Origin: Octopus sinensis
Taxonomy: Eukaryota
Reading direction: 5' to 3'
Assembly: GCF_006345805.1 (NCBI RefSeq)
Contig: NC_042999.1
Coordinates: 119,040,001-119,104,000, forward strand
Length of the DNA stretch: 64,000 nucleotides
The notes under the pieces are model-generated. The model was given only the letters and a program-made list of their open reading frames with translations, searched no databases and was not told where the DNA came from. Position numbers and translations under genes: made by a program. Within the stretch, counting starts at the first letter, position 1. Each line of letters begins with the position of its first letter. Below, one piece after another: positions 23,725 through 38,162 of the stretch.

Positions 23725-24309
23725 TTAAAATTTATTAGTTATAGATTCAAAATCATTAAGATAGTTAAACCATACAAATTTAGATTTACAGCAGATTTGT
23801 TTTTGTTTTGTTTAATAAGGTGTTTCAGTTATGGATTAGGAGATTTTTAGATATTTCCTAACATGTATCAATCCCGACCTTAATCCTAATAAATTAGAGC
23901 ATTTGTTTCTACATTTTGAGTTTAAAATAGGTAACATTATTCAAGATTTTTCAGCTTAGGATAATACTTTAAAAAGAAAAGAAGTTTATAGGAAACCACC
24001 CTCCAAAATATATGAGACACTTCTTGTTTATATAATTTCAAATACCTAACAGAAAAGTCGATGAATTTCTACTTAATTTATTTATAATATATGATTTTAA
24101 TTTTAAAGCAGTAATGGCTGAAGAATATAAAAGTTCTTTAATACAACCAACCATTATGAGGACCTGGTTGCTAGAGAATATTATTTTAGAAGTGGGTTAG
24201 TACTAGATCTAGCTGGCTAGATCTTTGGAACAAGCTCAGTCTAATGTAATATTATATCAAATGCCTGTCACTTCCAAGGGACTGACAATAATGAGAAAAT
24301 TTGAACATC

Positions 24310-25400
24310 TTCCTCTAAACCTAATAACCAAGAAGAAGCCCTTTGTTACCACCAATGTAGCAGCTTGCTTGAACTTTGCCCAGCCCATTCTTATTCTAGC
24401 AACTACGCTTTCAGAGTTTTCTCCACTGTTGACTCAGTCGCCTAGGTAATGGAAATTAGATCTCCTATACCCAGGCATTTGAGGGAGTCTGTTTTCTGTA
24501 CATACCTAGTGTTTGTTGTATTTGCACATGTGCTGCACACTAATACTACTTTCTCTATTAACCTTCTTGTGATACCAATGCATCTCATGTCTATAACTTG
24601 CAGTGAGTACATCATGTGAAGTTTCTGCCAACACTCTTTCTACATCTCCCTGAAGGGATCAATGATTTGTCTGTTTTCCTACTTATTAGGACTTTGGTTT
24701 TTGCTAAATTTACTCTAAACCCTTTGATTCCAAACTTTGCTTCTACACCTGAAATTTCCTTTCTAGTTTTGGTAGTGATTCAGCTATAAGAACAAGGTCA
24801 TCAGTGCAGAAGAGCTCCTTAGGGTAGCCAGTCTTAAATTCCTCTGTTATGTCCTGGAGGACTATGAAACTGATCCTTGGTGAATTACCTTTACACTAAG
24901 ATCCCTTGTTAGACTCATTGCCAATTTTCACCCCACTAACAGCATCCCTATTCATGGCTTGTACAGCTCTCAACCAGTCACTCATCTATCCCTAGCTTCT
25001 GCATTGCCCAACAGATAAGGAAGCAGGAGACCCTGTCAAAAGCTTTTTCCAAGACAACATAAGCCAACAATAGAGGGTTATTTATTTTTGGCTAAATACT
25101 TCTCCAGACTCACCAGAAAGATAGTGTCAATAGTGTTTCTCCTAAGCACAAAACCAAACTGCATCTCATCTAGGCTAACTCTTCCTAATTAGTTGAGCCA
25201 TAACACTTTCTTTAACTTTCATCATCTGGACCAGCAATTTGATACCTCTGCAATTATTTCTGTCTAAGGTGTCAAATACAGAAATTTTTTAAATTCACAG
25301 AGAAAACAATCAGGTAATTCACCATGAAAGGTTCAGGTTTTGGCTACTACAGGTAATTCCAGTAAGAAAAGGCATTTTGCAGAGTTCTCTCAAACTGTTA
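24310..25400 (-). mobile_element. Decayed RTE LINE reverse-transcriptase region
   Basis: Minus-strand motifs RGIKLL..MMKV, MQFGFV.R, LEKAFDRV, TDDLVLIAES and VVARIRMGWAKF, with many stops. Confidence 0.88.
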
Positions 25401-25741
25401 ACCATTGTTAAAATGCTGGTTTTTATACTTATCCCATTCTCCACATAGAGGAGAATTGATCTTAGTAACATATATCAGTTTCCTAAGTTACTAGGACACT
25501 ACTTATGTTTATAGAAGTTCTTACAGCTGCTCCAAAAATTTAGTGTATTAGTGTTTCAGCTAGTCAACAATGATTTCATCGACAAAAGTAATTGGAAATC
25601 ATCATTTAACATACGTTTTCCATCCTGGCATGGGTTGAAGAGCTTTAAAATAACTGGCCAGGCTAGGGGGCATACCAGGTTCCATAGTCTGTTTTGTCTT
25701 GGTTTCTACAGCTGGATGTTCTTCCTAATGCCAGTATATAT

Positions 25742-26560
25742 GTCATCATCATCATCGTCATTGTTTAACGTCCACTTTCCATGCTAGCATGGGTTGGACG
25801 ATTTGACTGAGGTCTGGCGAACCAGATGGCTGCACCAAGCTCCAATCTGATCTGGCAGGGTTTCTACAGCTGGATACCACTCCGGGATTGTAGTGGGTGC
25901 TTTTATGTGCCACTAGCATGAGGGCCAGTCAGGCGGTACTGGCAATGACTATGCTCAAATGATGCTTTTTATGTACCACCTGCACAGGAGCCAGTCCAGC
26001 GGCACTGGCAACAACCTTGCTCAAATGTTTTTTCACGTACCACCAGCACAAATGCCAGTAAGGCGACATAAGTAACGATCACGCTCATGATGGTGCTTTT
26101 TACATGCCACCAGCATGGAAGCCAGTTTGTTGCTCTGGTAGCAATCACGCTCAGATGGTGCTCTTAGCGCTCCACTAGCACGGATGCCAGTCATCGAATT
26201 TGATTTCGATTTTGATTTCACTTGCCTTAACAGGTCTTCGCAAGCAGAATTTAGTGTCCAATGAAAGAAAGGTACACATAAGTGGGCTGGTTACACCGCT
26301 GGCATAGGTCACGAGGTTATGGTCTCACTTGGCTTGCCAAGTCTTCTCAAGCACAGTATATTTCCAAAGGTCCCGGTCACTAGTCATTGCCTCGGTGAGG
26401 CCCAATGTTCGATGGTCATGCTTAACCACCTCATCCCGAGTCTACCTCTTTCACAGGTTCCCTCAACCACTAGGGTGTGGCACTTTTTCACACAGCTACC
26501 CACATCCATTCTCGCCACATGGCCATACCAGTGCAGTTGTCTCTCGTGTGTATGTATATA
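25742..26560 (-). mobile_element. RTE LINE 3' end: ORF C-terminus, 3' UTR with ~55-60-bp tandem units, (ATG)n tail
   Basis: ERQLHWYGHVARMDVGSCVKKCHTLVVEGTCERGR followed by repeats of ggtggca.gtaaaaagcacc and the family A terminus. Confidence 0.9.
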
Positions 26561-28374
26561 TTCCATCATGGGAAAACGAAATCAGCACAGTAAAAGCTTT
26601 TCAAATTTTCTTTCGTTCCTTTCAAGTATTCAAATTCATTAATCTGACCTGAAACAAAAAGAAGCCTCTATTGTGTAACAGTTTTTTAATTTCTTAGGTT
26701 ATCCAAAATATTTTTTATGTAGAAAATTGCATTTCAGTCCAGAATGCCTTCAACTTCTTCAAGAGTTATCACTACCTCAGAATGGTAGAAAATTACTTGT
26801 CATGAACACTCAAGTTCTATGCATACTATGCCAAATAAATCCTTAACTACTCTTCAAGAATTAAGCCCTAGCAGATTCAAATTTTTCTCTGAAACTATCA
26901 TTAAATGTATCGATTCTATTAAAAATATTAACCTTTTTGATACCAGCCTTCTTGAGACTGACTTTGTTTCTGTGATACAAACTTCCTTGTTTAAAAGAGA
27001 TTTAATCCTTTAGCATTCAGATTACTCTGTCAAATATATTACTTATTCATTCACATTGTTTTAAATTCATGCATTATCTCATAGCTTTAAAATTTCTATG
27101 ATGCAATAATATCTTTTAGAATGACATCATAGAGTAGATTTAAGAGGCTGGATCTGGTTAGTTTGAACATAAAACAGGTAGAATATTTGGACCTAATAAG
27201 GCCTATTTAAAAGCTAAAAGTTAGACTGAAACATTCCTTCAAAACTTCATGTTAATTTATGATCTAAACACCAGCTTAATACTGACAAAATTTGACTAAA
27301 TCCTTCATCATTTTAAGAATTAATTGAAAGGGTTAAACAGGCAGCTGTGATTACAAATAAAAGTCACTTGTTTTAGCGATGAAACAAATGCTATTGGTGG
27401 AACTACCACTACATCATTATCTCATATTGGTAGACTGGTAGCATTTTTCAGAAGGTCCTTAAATAATTCTAAAAAAATGGAATCTCTAACCACATTGTCA
27501 AAAATTAAGCTTACACAGTTGCAAATGCTGTGAAAAAAATTGATACATTTCCTCAGGAAATATTTTAATTCAATGACAGATCAAAGGTCTATTTCATTCA
27601 TGTTTGACAATAAAGTATTGGAAAAATAAAATTGCTTTAGAATCAAACTTCCGTCTCTCCTCTCTCTCTTACTCTCTCCCTCTCACTCACTATATAAACT
27701 AAAGAGGAGGCATGAAAAAACTTTTAGTTGATCCGTTTCATGCTTGTAGTACTACTACTCCTATAAATTTAGAATTACTCCATAATTCCATAGTATATAT
27801 ATATATTCCCTGCTATAAAAATAATGCTTTATTTTATTAAAGCACATAACCTACAGTTTTCTGTCAATGAGGTATGAGTAATAAAATTTAACCTTTTATC
27901 ATCTGAAAGATACTTCTCTTATAAAAGCTTCCTGTCCATTTGAACCCTTCTCTATAGACCTTAAACATCTTCCTCATTTTAATAATTCAAATGCATACTT
28001 GCTATGATCAATAATTTTTTTCCATTCATCTATATAAAGCATAGTACAAGTTGTATAGTAAGAAAGTATGCACAGGTATGGCTGTGTGGTAAGAAGCTTG
28101 CTTCCCAACCACATGGTTCTGGGTTCACTTGTACTATGATGTATCATGAGCAGGTGTCTTCTACTCTAGCCTTGGGCCAACCAAAGCCTTGTGAGTGGAT
28201 TTGGTATATAGAAAGTCAAAAAAGCCAGTTGTATATACGTAACGCACACACATATATATATATGAATAAAAAAATGGAGTTTACTTGTGAGATTTTTGCT
28301 GCCCAGGTAACTATTTATTTATTTTTTCCATGTTAATTATTAACAAGGTAAAAATACACTCACCTATTTATATT

Positions 28375-28685
28375 GCCGGTAGCATGTAAAAGCACCATCC
28401 ATTCGTGTCCGTTGCCAGCCTTGCCTGGCCACCGTGCCGGTGGCACGTAAAAGCACCATCCGTTCGTGGCCGTTTGCCAGCTCTGTCTGGCACCTGTGCA
28501 GGTGGCACGTAAAAAGCACCCACTACACTCATGGAGTGGTTGGCGTTAGGAAGGGCATCCAGCCGTAGAAACACTGCCAAATCTGACTGGGCCTGATGAA
28601 GCCTTCCGGCTTCACAGACCCCAGTTAAACCATCCAACCCATGCTAGCACGGAAAATGGACGCTAAATGATGATGGTGATGATGA
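28375..28685 (+). mobile_element. Family A (RTE 3' UTR-related) copy
   Basis: Three taaaagcacc units, then cccatgctagcacggaaaatggacgctaaatgatgatg. Other copies at ~30040-30420 (-), 31615-31780 (+), 48895-48966 (+) and 59080-59300 (-). Confidence 0.85.
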
Positions 28686-29416
28686 TATATATATATATAT
28701 ATATATGTATGTGTCTGTTTGTCCCAACCAGTTTTGGTGTGTTAAAGCCCCATAACTTAGCAGTTCAGCGATAGAGGTCAATAGAATGAGTACTAGGCTT
28801 AAAAACAAAATAAATAAGTCCTGGGGTTTGATTTGTTCAGCTAGAAACCTTCAAGGTGGTGCCCCAGCATGGCTGCTTTCATATGACTGAAACGATTAAA
28901 TGATGAAAAATAAAAGAACTCATCACTTTTCTGTTTTTTGGTATATTGTTATTTATTCAGATTGGTTGAGGGTGATGGGGTGCTTCTCTCTGTCTTTCAA
29001 GTTGAAACAATCCTAAATTAACATGAGATTTCACAAGCCATAAAAGCCTTTAGAGTTACTTGGGTAACTCAGTGTAAAAAGTACAGTAGAATTATCTGAA
29101 ACTGTTTATCTTTGATGATAAAATATTTATCATTTTACAATGGGAAACCATGTTACCAAATAGTCTACATGATTCATGATCATTGCTACCAAAAGAGACA
29201 CATCATGAACGAAAATACTCTCCACTTGGTTTTCTAAATCTGCTGCACTATGTTCATAATTCAAAATCTGAATTACTAGTGGAACTCAGAGAACTTCTTG
29301 AGGCTTATTCCAATTACACTCATGGTGTGGAGACTGCAGGTTCCTAAAGAGATTATATTCCTCCAGACATGATAACCATCAAATAATGCCAATTATTCGC
29401 AATATTTATTGAGTAG

Positions 29417-29860
29417 AAGATGGTGAGCTAATAGAATCATTGGCACACTAGGCAAAATGCTTAGCTGCATTTCGTCTGTCCTTACATTCTGAGTTCAAAT
29501 TCCACTGATGCCAACTTTGAATTTCATCCTTTCCAGGGTCAATAAAAATGAGTACCAGTTGAACACCGGGGTTGATGTAATCAACTTTCCCCTCCCCCGA
29601 ACTTGCCAGCTTTGTGCAAAAATTTGAAAGTAATAAATTCAAGGTTGTGAACTGGCAGAATCATTATCGTGTGGGGCAAAATGCTTAGTTGCATTTTGTC
29701 CAACTTCACATTCTCAGTTCATATTCCACCGAGATCGACTTTGCCTGTCATCTCTTTCAGGGTCAATAAAATAAATAGTAGTTGAATACAGGTCAATGTA
29801 ACCAACTTGCCCCACCTCCCCTTAACTTGTTGACCTTATGCCAAAATCTGAAACTAATAT
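29417..29860 (+). mobile_element. Head-to-tail pair of family C SINEs
   Basis: Two units with a junction at ~29635-29641. Confidence 0.85.
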
Positions 29861-30051
29861 TTATCCTGTAGAAAGTGAGGCAGTTAAAAAGGCAGCTGTG
29901 TTTAAAAACAAAAATTTGCAAAATAGAACATAGCTGAGTGAATTTAACCTTTTGATTACCAGCATACCCCTTGTTTTCTTATATAAACTTCTTATTTGAA
30001 AGTGACCTAAATGAACTTTCCATCACAATCTCATATTAATTTCATCATCAT

Positions 30052-30083
<32 letters not shown>

Positions 30084-31204
30084 TCATTGAATGTCTATTT
30101 TCCATACTGGCATGAGTTAGGTGTTTGACTGGAACAGTTAAGCCAGAGAGCTGCACAGGGCTCCAGTCTGTTTTGAATGGTTTCTGCAGTTGGATGCCCT
30201 TCCTAATACCAACCACATTACAGAGTGTACTGGGTGTCTTTTACATGTCACTGGCATGGGCTTCTTTCATGTGTCACCTGCATGAGTGCCGTTTACATGT
30301 CACCGGCACTGGTCATGGCCATAGCTTCACTGATCTTGATGTGACTTCTCAAGCACAGCAATTCACCTAAAATCTCAGTCACCTGTTATCACCTCCGTGA
30401 GCCTTGACAGCTGAAGATCATATTTCACCACATTATACCATGTCTTCAACAAGAATTCGTAAATTCTAGTTTCACCAAACTAATTCTAATTTCTTGATTA
30501 CTTGTCAGTTAGGGTATAGGCCCTCTTTAGACAGGAATGAGCAAAGGACTGCATTTCCCATCTGAAGCACAAATCCAGGTAAGGTTGTCTATGGAAGACC
30601 AGCAATCGCCCATGCCTACCAGCCTTTGTTCTCCATGCCACCGATATTATCCAAAGGAAAGGTAAAGGCTGATGCAGCTTGACCCCAGTGATGTCGCAAC
30701 TCATTTCTACAGCTGAGTGAACTGGAGCAATGTGAAATAAAATGTCTTGCTCAAGAACACAACACACAACTTGGTTCAAGAATTGAACTCACTACCTCAT
30801 GATTATGAGCCCAACACTCTAACCATTAAGCCATGCAACTTCACTAGTTGCCAAATACCACTTTTACAATCAGTAAATGTCATGAACTTAAACATTGAAA
30901 TGTTTAATATTTTGTTTAGAGTGAAAATAAATACATCTAATATGTTAGAGTAGTTGATAAATAGTAATAAAGAATGTATTCATCATCCTTTAATGTCCCT
31001 TTTTCCAATGCTTTCATGGGTCAGGTGTAATTTGTCGAGGCAGATTTGCTATAACCAATGCCCTCTCCTGTCACCAATCCTTGCTTTGTTTCCAAGCAAG
31101 ATAGTATTTCCTCTGGCTAAACAACATCACTTGTATGGTGGTGATCCTCACTTACAACATATGTGAAGCCAAAGGTACATGCACACACACACACACACAC
31201 AAAC

Positions 31205-32138
31205 ACTCATGGTGTGATTGTGTGGTAAAAAGTTTGCTTCCCAACCACATAGTTCTGGGTTCAGTCCCACTGTATGTAACCTTGGGAAAATGTCTTCTAC
31301 TATAGCCATGGATTGACCAAAGCCTTGTGAGTAGATGTGGTGACAGAAACTGAAAGAAGCCTGTCAGATATATATGTATGTATCTATGTGTGTGTCTCTT
31401 TGCGTATGTATTTGTAACCTCTGACTGCTTGACAACTGGTGTTGGCCTGTTTACATCCTTATAATTTAGCAGCTCGGCAAAATAGGCTGATGGAATAAAT
31501 ATCAGGCTTTAAAAAAATAGGTACTGGGGATCAATTTCTTCAAGGTAATGTCCTGGCTTGGCCATAGTCTGATGACTGAAACAAGTAAAAAGATAAAAGA
31601 ATATATATGTAAAAGCTCCCAGCACACTCTGTAAAGTGGTTGTTGTTAGAGAGGGTATCCAGCCATAAAAACCATGACAAATCAGACTGGAGTCTGGTTC
31701 AGCTCCCTAGCTTGCCAGTATGGGTCAGATCGTCCAACCCATGCAGTATAGATAATGGACGTTAAATGATGATGATGAGGTTGATGATATATATGTACAG
31801 TAGGTTTCTTCCAATTTTTATCAACAAAATCTACTCACAAGACTTTGGTCAGCCCCAAAGCTATAGCAGAAGATGTGGTGCAAAAGAGTTTATTAAAGAA
31901 CAGGTGTTAGAACCGTTTAACTACTCTTTTACTTGTTTCAGTCATTTGACTGCAGCCATGCTGGAACACCGCCTTTAGTCGAGCAAATCGACCCCAAGAC
32001 TTATTCTTTGCAAGCCTAGTACTTATTCTATCGGTCTCTTTTGCCAAACTGCTAAGTTACGGGGACATAAACACACCAGCATCGGTTGTCAAGTGATGTT
32101 GGGAGGACAAACACAGACACACAAACATGTACACACAC

Positions 32139-32171
<33 letters not shown>

Positions 32172-32342
32172 CATACATATACGATGGGCTTCTTTCAGTT
32201 TCCCTCTACCAAATCCACTCACAAGGCTTTGGTCATCCCAAGGCTATAGTAGAAGACACTTACACAAGGTGTCACACAGTGGGACTGAATCTGGAGCCAT
32301 GTGGTTGGTAAGCAAGCTACTCACCACACAGCCACTCCTGCC
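31205..32342. mobile_element. Inverted pair of family B SINEs (31205-31600 +; 31925-32342 -) with other fragments between
   Basis: Family B head and tail motifs in opposite orientations. Confidence 0.85.
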
Positions 32343-33316
32343 CCCAAAATATTATGTACCTTTCATTTTCTGGTAGTACTGCAGCTTACTTTATATGACT
32401 CTTAAATTGATTAAAGGCTACTTTCTAGAACTTTTCTTATTACAACTTACAATAACATCAAGAGAAACTGCAACTTTGGTGACTTATAAACTGGAGAAAA
32501 ACAAACATAATACAAACCTTTAAAAAAAAAAAGAGCTAGACATAAAGAAATAAAATTGTGATTGACAGCAGTTAAAACCAGAGTTAATAGCAACAGTTTT
32601 AATCTACTTGTTTGGCCAAATAGTTTTTAAGCTTTCCATATAGTTTATGACACTGAATTATTGGAAAGAAAATTGGTTTCTTGTTAATTTAATTCACCTA
32701 ATATTTGTTACAATAATCTTCTTAAAAAGCTTTTAAAAGGATTAGTGTAACAATTACTGGACTAATTAATAAAAAAAGAAAGCAAATATTACTGTTTTAG
32801 TGAGTAGAGAAATACGATTGTAGAAATAAGCTGATATAGCTAAATTTTGCTTATATTCTATTGATGAAAAATCAATTTGACTGCTGAACAGTGGTAGTGG
32901 CTGACAGCCTCTCTTGTGTTATCTACTAAAGATTGTTCTCTTTAATTTGTTTCTGTGTAGTATCTTCTGGAAACATATGACTGATTATTGTATTATATAG
33001 AACTCTACTCCTCTTCCAACGATTAGCAAAACTTAAAATGTATCATCATTTGATAACTATAGCAAGTCTTGTAAAATATAATGCAGTATATTTATCTAAA
33101 GAGTTTTCTAAATAACACTGAAGGTTTTTAACTCTTTTGTTGCCATAATTCTGTTGAATGCATAGCCTTTGTTTCAATTAGACTTTAAAGTAATGAAAAA
33201 TTTAGGAAAATTACTTTGTCACTATTAATCTAGTGTTTAGAATATAAATTAACATTAAATTTTGATGGAAGGTTTTAATTTCGATCATTTTAAAACAAGT
33301 TTATATCAGAACAAGT

Positions 33317-33950
33317 GTGAAGGTGCATGGCGTAATGGTTAGAGTATTCAGCTCACAATGATAAGGTTGTGAGTTCAATTCCCAGTAGCATGCATTCTTT
33401 AAAGTTCTTGAACAAGGCACTTTATTTAATGTTGCTCCAGTTCACTCAACTGACAAAAATAAGTAGTACCTGTATTTCAAAGGACTAGCCTTGTCACACA
33501 CTGTGTTATGCTGAATCTCCCTGAGAAATACATTAAATGGCACTTGTGCTGGTGGCATGTGAAACATTCGAGCGAGGACGTCACCAGTGCCGCTGGACTG
33601 GCACCTGTGCAGGTGGCACGTAAAAAGCACCATTTGGATGTGGCCGTTGCCAGTACCACCAAACTGGCCCTCGTGCCAGTGGCATGTAAAAGCACCCACT
33701 ACACTCTCGGAGTGGTTGGCGTTAGGAAGGGCATCCAGCTGTAGAAACTCTGCCAGATCAGATTGGAGTCTGGTTTGCCAGACATCAGTCAAATCGTCCA
33801 ACCCATGCTAGCATGGAAAGCAGACGTTAAATGATGATGATAATGATGATGATGTGTCTGTGGAGTGCCCAGCCACATACATGTTAATTTCACAAGCAGG
33901 TTTTCCGTTGAACAGATCAACTGGAACCCTTGTTGTTGTAAGAGGAGGGG
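33317..33950 (+). mobile_element. Family D SINE with a nested family A insertion (~33538-33853)
   Basis: The D body resumes at gtgtctgtggagtgc after the (ATG)n tail, collinear with the intact copies at 41231 and 45211. Confidence 0.8.
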
Positions 33951-34849
33951 TGCCACTATATCAGAACAAGTGGCAAGCTGTTATCAAAATGGTTAAATTC
34001 ACTCAGTTACACTCACTATTGGAATCTACTGTGTATTGTTTAACAGTGTCTGTAGCTTCCATGACACCAATAGCTCTGAGACACAACTTTCTAGACTTTG
34101 TCTTCATCCATCATATATCTAAGATAAGTTGGCTTTAAGAAATCTATTCTTTTTACTAGCACTATTCTTGGTGGAATATGAACATAGCACTGCAAATTAG
34201 CAAAACACTTATACAAATACATCTGCTGCTTACAGCAGAAAGTTATGTATACACATGGGACTTACAGCTTCATTGCCTTGGCCATTTGTTAACTATTGGT
34301 CATGGACACAAATAAGTTCTACGGGGGGATGGAAAATAAATTGTTTATCTATCATTTTTCCAACATCCTATTGACTCAGCCAGCTGTAACTTTCAATCTG
34401 GTCTAACGAGCAGATGCAAATATTTACATAAAAAAAACCCCTTTGCTAGCTATTTCTGCCTGCTAAATATGAACTATCACTGCCAGCTTCTAAATTAGGT
34501 TTGTCTGTTTATGGTGACTGTGAAATAACAATTTTTAGCGAAGCAGTCAGTAAAGTAAATTGAATAAGTAAAATCAGCGGCAATGCTAAATTCTACTGAT
34601 TAGATAGTGTTTGGTGAAAAAGCTAGAGTATGTGGCTTATTTTCAGATCTGTAAAATGGTTTCTGAAAAGATAACCTTAATACCCTCAAAATTCAGTTGT
34701 ATTCATAATTGAGATGACAGCTGTTGTCAAATTCAATTTTGTACAGTTTACTTTTTAACATATATAATTCTAGCTTGAGTATTTGCATAAATTTGTTTAG
34801 TTTTATTAAGTAAAATTTGTTTTGAAGCATAAAGAGAAAGAATATTTGT

Positions 34850-35028
34850 AATTTCCTTATATGCCTTCTATTAGCAAGCAGGTATACACATATTCATAAA
34901 CAATAATTCTACATATATGTGAGTACATAAATGTGTATATACATATATGTATGTATGTTTGTATGTATATATATATATATATATAAATATATATACAGAT
35001 ATATATATACATGTATGTTTGTATGTAT

Positions 35029-35081
<53 letters not shown>

Positions 35082-35300
35082 AACATACATGTATATATGT
35101 ATCTGTATGTTTGTATGTATGTATATATATGCATATACATATATACATATGTGTGTATACACACACACATCTAAATATATATACCTGTATACACATTAAT
35201 ATATGCAAATATATGTACATATATATATCTGTACACACACATATATATAGGTGAGCAAAAGTATAGATATATATGCATACACACACATGCTCACACACAT
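34850..35300. repeat. Compound (TA)n/(CA)n/(TATG)n microsatellite block
   Basis: Direct inspection. Confidence 0.95.
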
Positions 35301-35714
35301 GTATACGAAGTATATAAATAATAAATTTATAATTGATAGCTTATTATTGAAATTGCTGTTTCTAATTATTTTTTGGAATAGGAAGAAAATATTCCTAACA
35401 GGAATATCTGCAAAAGGAATATATACATACATGTCAAAAGCAATTCTTTTCGCTACTTGCAATCAGCTTATGAATATGCTATTGAAGATGACAATTTGGA
35501 ATTACTGGTAATGCATATTCTTTTACCGGTTTCATTTATTGGATTGTGGCCATACTGCAGCTCCACTTTCAAAGGCTTCTATCAAATTATATTGCCTCCC
35601 CAACTCCTGACACTTTGTCATCTATCTATTGTACGGATATGTAACAAGAACGGAGGTTGAATTCTGTAGGGATTAAAGAAGGCAACTAAGACAGAGATAT
35701 ACTCTTTAACTAGT

Positions 35715-35975
35715 TTTAGGTTGGAAGCTGCAGCCATGCTGGGGCACCTCCATTATGCTGGGGTTATATATGCCACAGATATATCTTTGCTTGACATGTT
35801 GACACTTTGCCATCAGGCATAGGTGTGACTGTGTGGTAAGAAGCTTGCTTCCCAAACACATGGTTCTGGGTTCAGTCCCACTGCAAGACACCTTGGGCAA
35901 GTGTCTTATTCTATAGCCTCAGGCCAGCCAAAACCTTGTGAGTGGATTTGGTTCATGGAAACTGAAAAAGCCTGT

Positions 35976-36023
<48 letters not shown>

Positions 36024-36630
36024 CACATATATACACACATATAGTGGGTGTGTGGTAAGTAGCTTGCTTACCAACCACATGGTTCTGGGTTCAGTCCCAC
36101 TGCATGGCACTTTGGGCAAGTGTCTTCTACTGTAGCCTCGGGCTGGCCAAAGCCTTGTGAGTGAATTTGGTAGACAGAAACTGAAAGAAGCCTGTCATAT
36201 ATGTGCATATATATATATGTGTGTGTCCATATGTTTGTGTGTCTGTGTTTGTCCCCCTAACATCGCTTGACAACCGATGCTGGTGTGTTTATGTCCCCGT
36301 AACTTAGTGGCTCAGCAAAAGAGACCGATAGAATAAGAACTAAGCATACAAAGAATAAGTCCTGGGGTCAATTTGCTCAACTAAAGGCGGTGCTCCAGCA
36401 TGGCTGCAATCGAATGACTAAAACAAGTAAAAGAGTAAAGAGTATATATGTAAATATCTGTGTGTTTGTGTCTTTGTATCACTGTTTGTCCCCCATCACT
36501 GCTTGACGTATGGTGTTGATGTGTTTACATTCCCATAACTTAAGTCCTAGGGTTGGTTTGTTCAACTAAAATCCCTCAAGGCAGTGCTCCCACATGGCTA
36601 CAACTAAATGACGAAACAAATAAAAGAAAA
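35715..36630. mobile_element. Cluster of family B SINE copies (minus partial, plus full 36040-36445, plus partial)
   Basis: Family B motifs. Confidence 0.85.
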
Positions 36631-37009
36631 TGCAGATAGTTTTCTTTAAAACTGTTTCTTGCAATATAGCATATTATTCCATCCATGCCCACCATCTCCT
36701 GCTTTCTATGGGTACTTTTCTGTAACTAGATGACATGACATGTGATAGTCCCCACCAACCAAAGGGTCTTGGGGACCCTGAGAGTGTGAGAAAGAGGTTT
36801 ACTGAAGAATCAACCTTAATATTTGACAGGTATTTTAGTATATCAACCTCAGATAGATGAAAACCAAATTGACCTCAACAGGATTTGAAATAAGGACCAA
36901 AGAGCTAGAACAGTTACTACAAGGCATATGTCAGACTAACAATTCTGCCAATTATTTGGCTTATACATGTATGTATGCATGCACATATATATGTATATAT
37001 CATTATCAT

Positions 37010-37341
37010 CATCATCATCCAGTGTTTTAAATTAGGGTTTTGTCCTCCTTAACGGGGGTAGCTGGATCTACCTCAATGTAACAGCAACTGAGGTAGGCAG
37101 GTGCAGCTCACCCCAACATTTTGACTGCCAGATACCCATTCTCCTTTGCTATCATGAGCTTTATTTGGAGCTAGATTTTCTATGAGGAGCATGCCCTTGC
37201 TTGCCCCACAACTTCAGTTTCTAGACATAAGTGGTTCTGAGACCGAGGCCTCTACCATGATTTTTAAAAAATGTGGTGGAAGACTAGCTCAGGAAGGCAG
37301 ATATGCTACTCTCTGAAATCCCTTTCAGGGCTCCCCACCTC

Positions 37342-37342
<1 letters not shown>
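37010..37342 (-). mobile_element. Retroelement 3' region with an (ATG)n tail; diverged second copy at ~44748-45055
   Basis: Shared catcatcatccagtgttttaaat...gcaactgaggtaggcagg...ggagcatgcccttgctt...ctcaggaaggcag. Confidence 0.65.
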
Positions 37343-37387
<45 letters not shown>

Positions 37388-38118
37388 GCTCAGAGTGTTA
37401 CCACTAGAATAAGAATGGCCAAGGCAAAGTTCAGAAAACTTCTACCCCTACTGATGACAAAGGGCCTCTCACTCAGAGTGAAAGGTAGAGTGTATGATGC
37501 ATGTGTGTGAACTGCTATGCTTCATGGCAGTGAAACATGGGCTGTGGCTGCTGAAGACATGTGCAGGCTTGAAAGCAAGGAAGCTAGCATGATCCACTTG
37601 ATGTGTAATGTCAGTGCGCACTCACGACAGAGTGTAAGTGCCTTGAGAGAAATGTTAGACATAAGAAGCATTGGATGTGGTGTGCAAGAGAGACGTTTGC
37701 GTTGGTATGGTTATGTACTATGGATGGATGAGGAGAGCTGTGTGAAGAAATGCCACTCCCAAACAGTGGAAGGAATCTGGGGGTAGAGGGAGACCCAGGT
37801 AGACAAGGGATGAGGTGGTCAAGCATGACCTTCAAACACTGAGCCTCACAGAGGCAATGACAAAAGACCAAGACCTCTAGAGGTATGCTGTTACTGAGAA
37901 GACTTGGCAAAAAATGTGAGTCCACAGCTGTAATCTACACCAGTGTTGCATAACCAGCCCACTCAAAAGTACCTTGTTGTAGGGCATCCTGCTGTACTTG
38001 AGGAGACCTATTGAGTCAAGTACATCAACATCAGCAATATCAAAATCAAATGTTATGGAAATTGTAGTTGTGAGCCCCATGCCAGCATGGAAAATGAACA
38101 TTAAACGATGATGATGAT
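37388..38118 (+). mobile_element. RTE LINE 3' fragment
   Basis: SVTTRIRMAKAKFRKLLPLL...KGRVYDACV*TAMLHGSETWAV...ERRLRWYG, ending in an (ATG)n tail. Confidence 0.92.
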
Positions 38119-38119
38119 G

Positions 38120-38159
<40 letters not shown>

Positions 38160-38162
<3 letters not shown>

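Noticed and set aside
34857-35298. Stack of overlapping 60-129-aa ORFs (also 42138-42656, 43302-43956, 48466-48777, 57213-57438)
   Set aside because: These are translations of TA/CA/TATG/GATA microsatellites.
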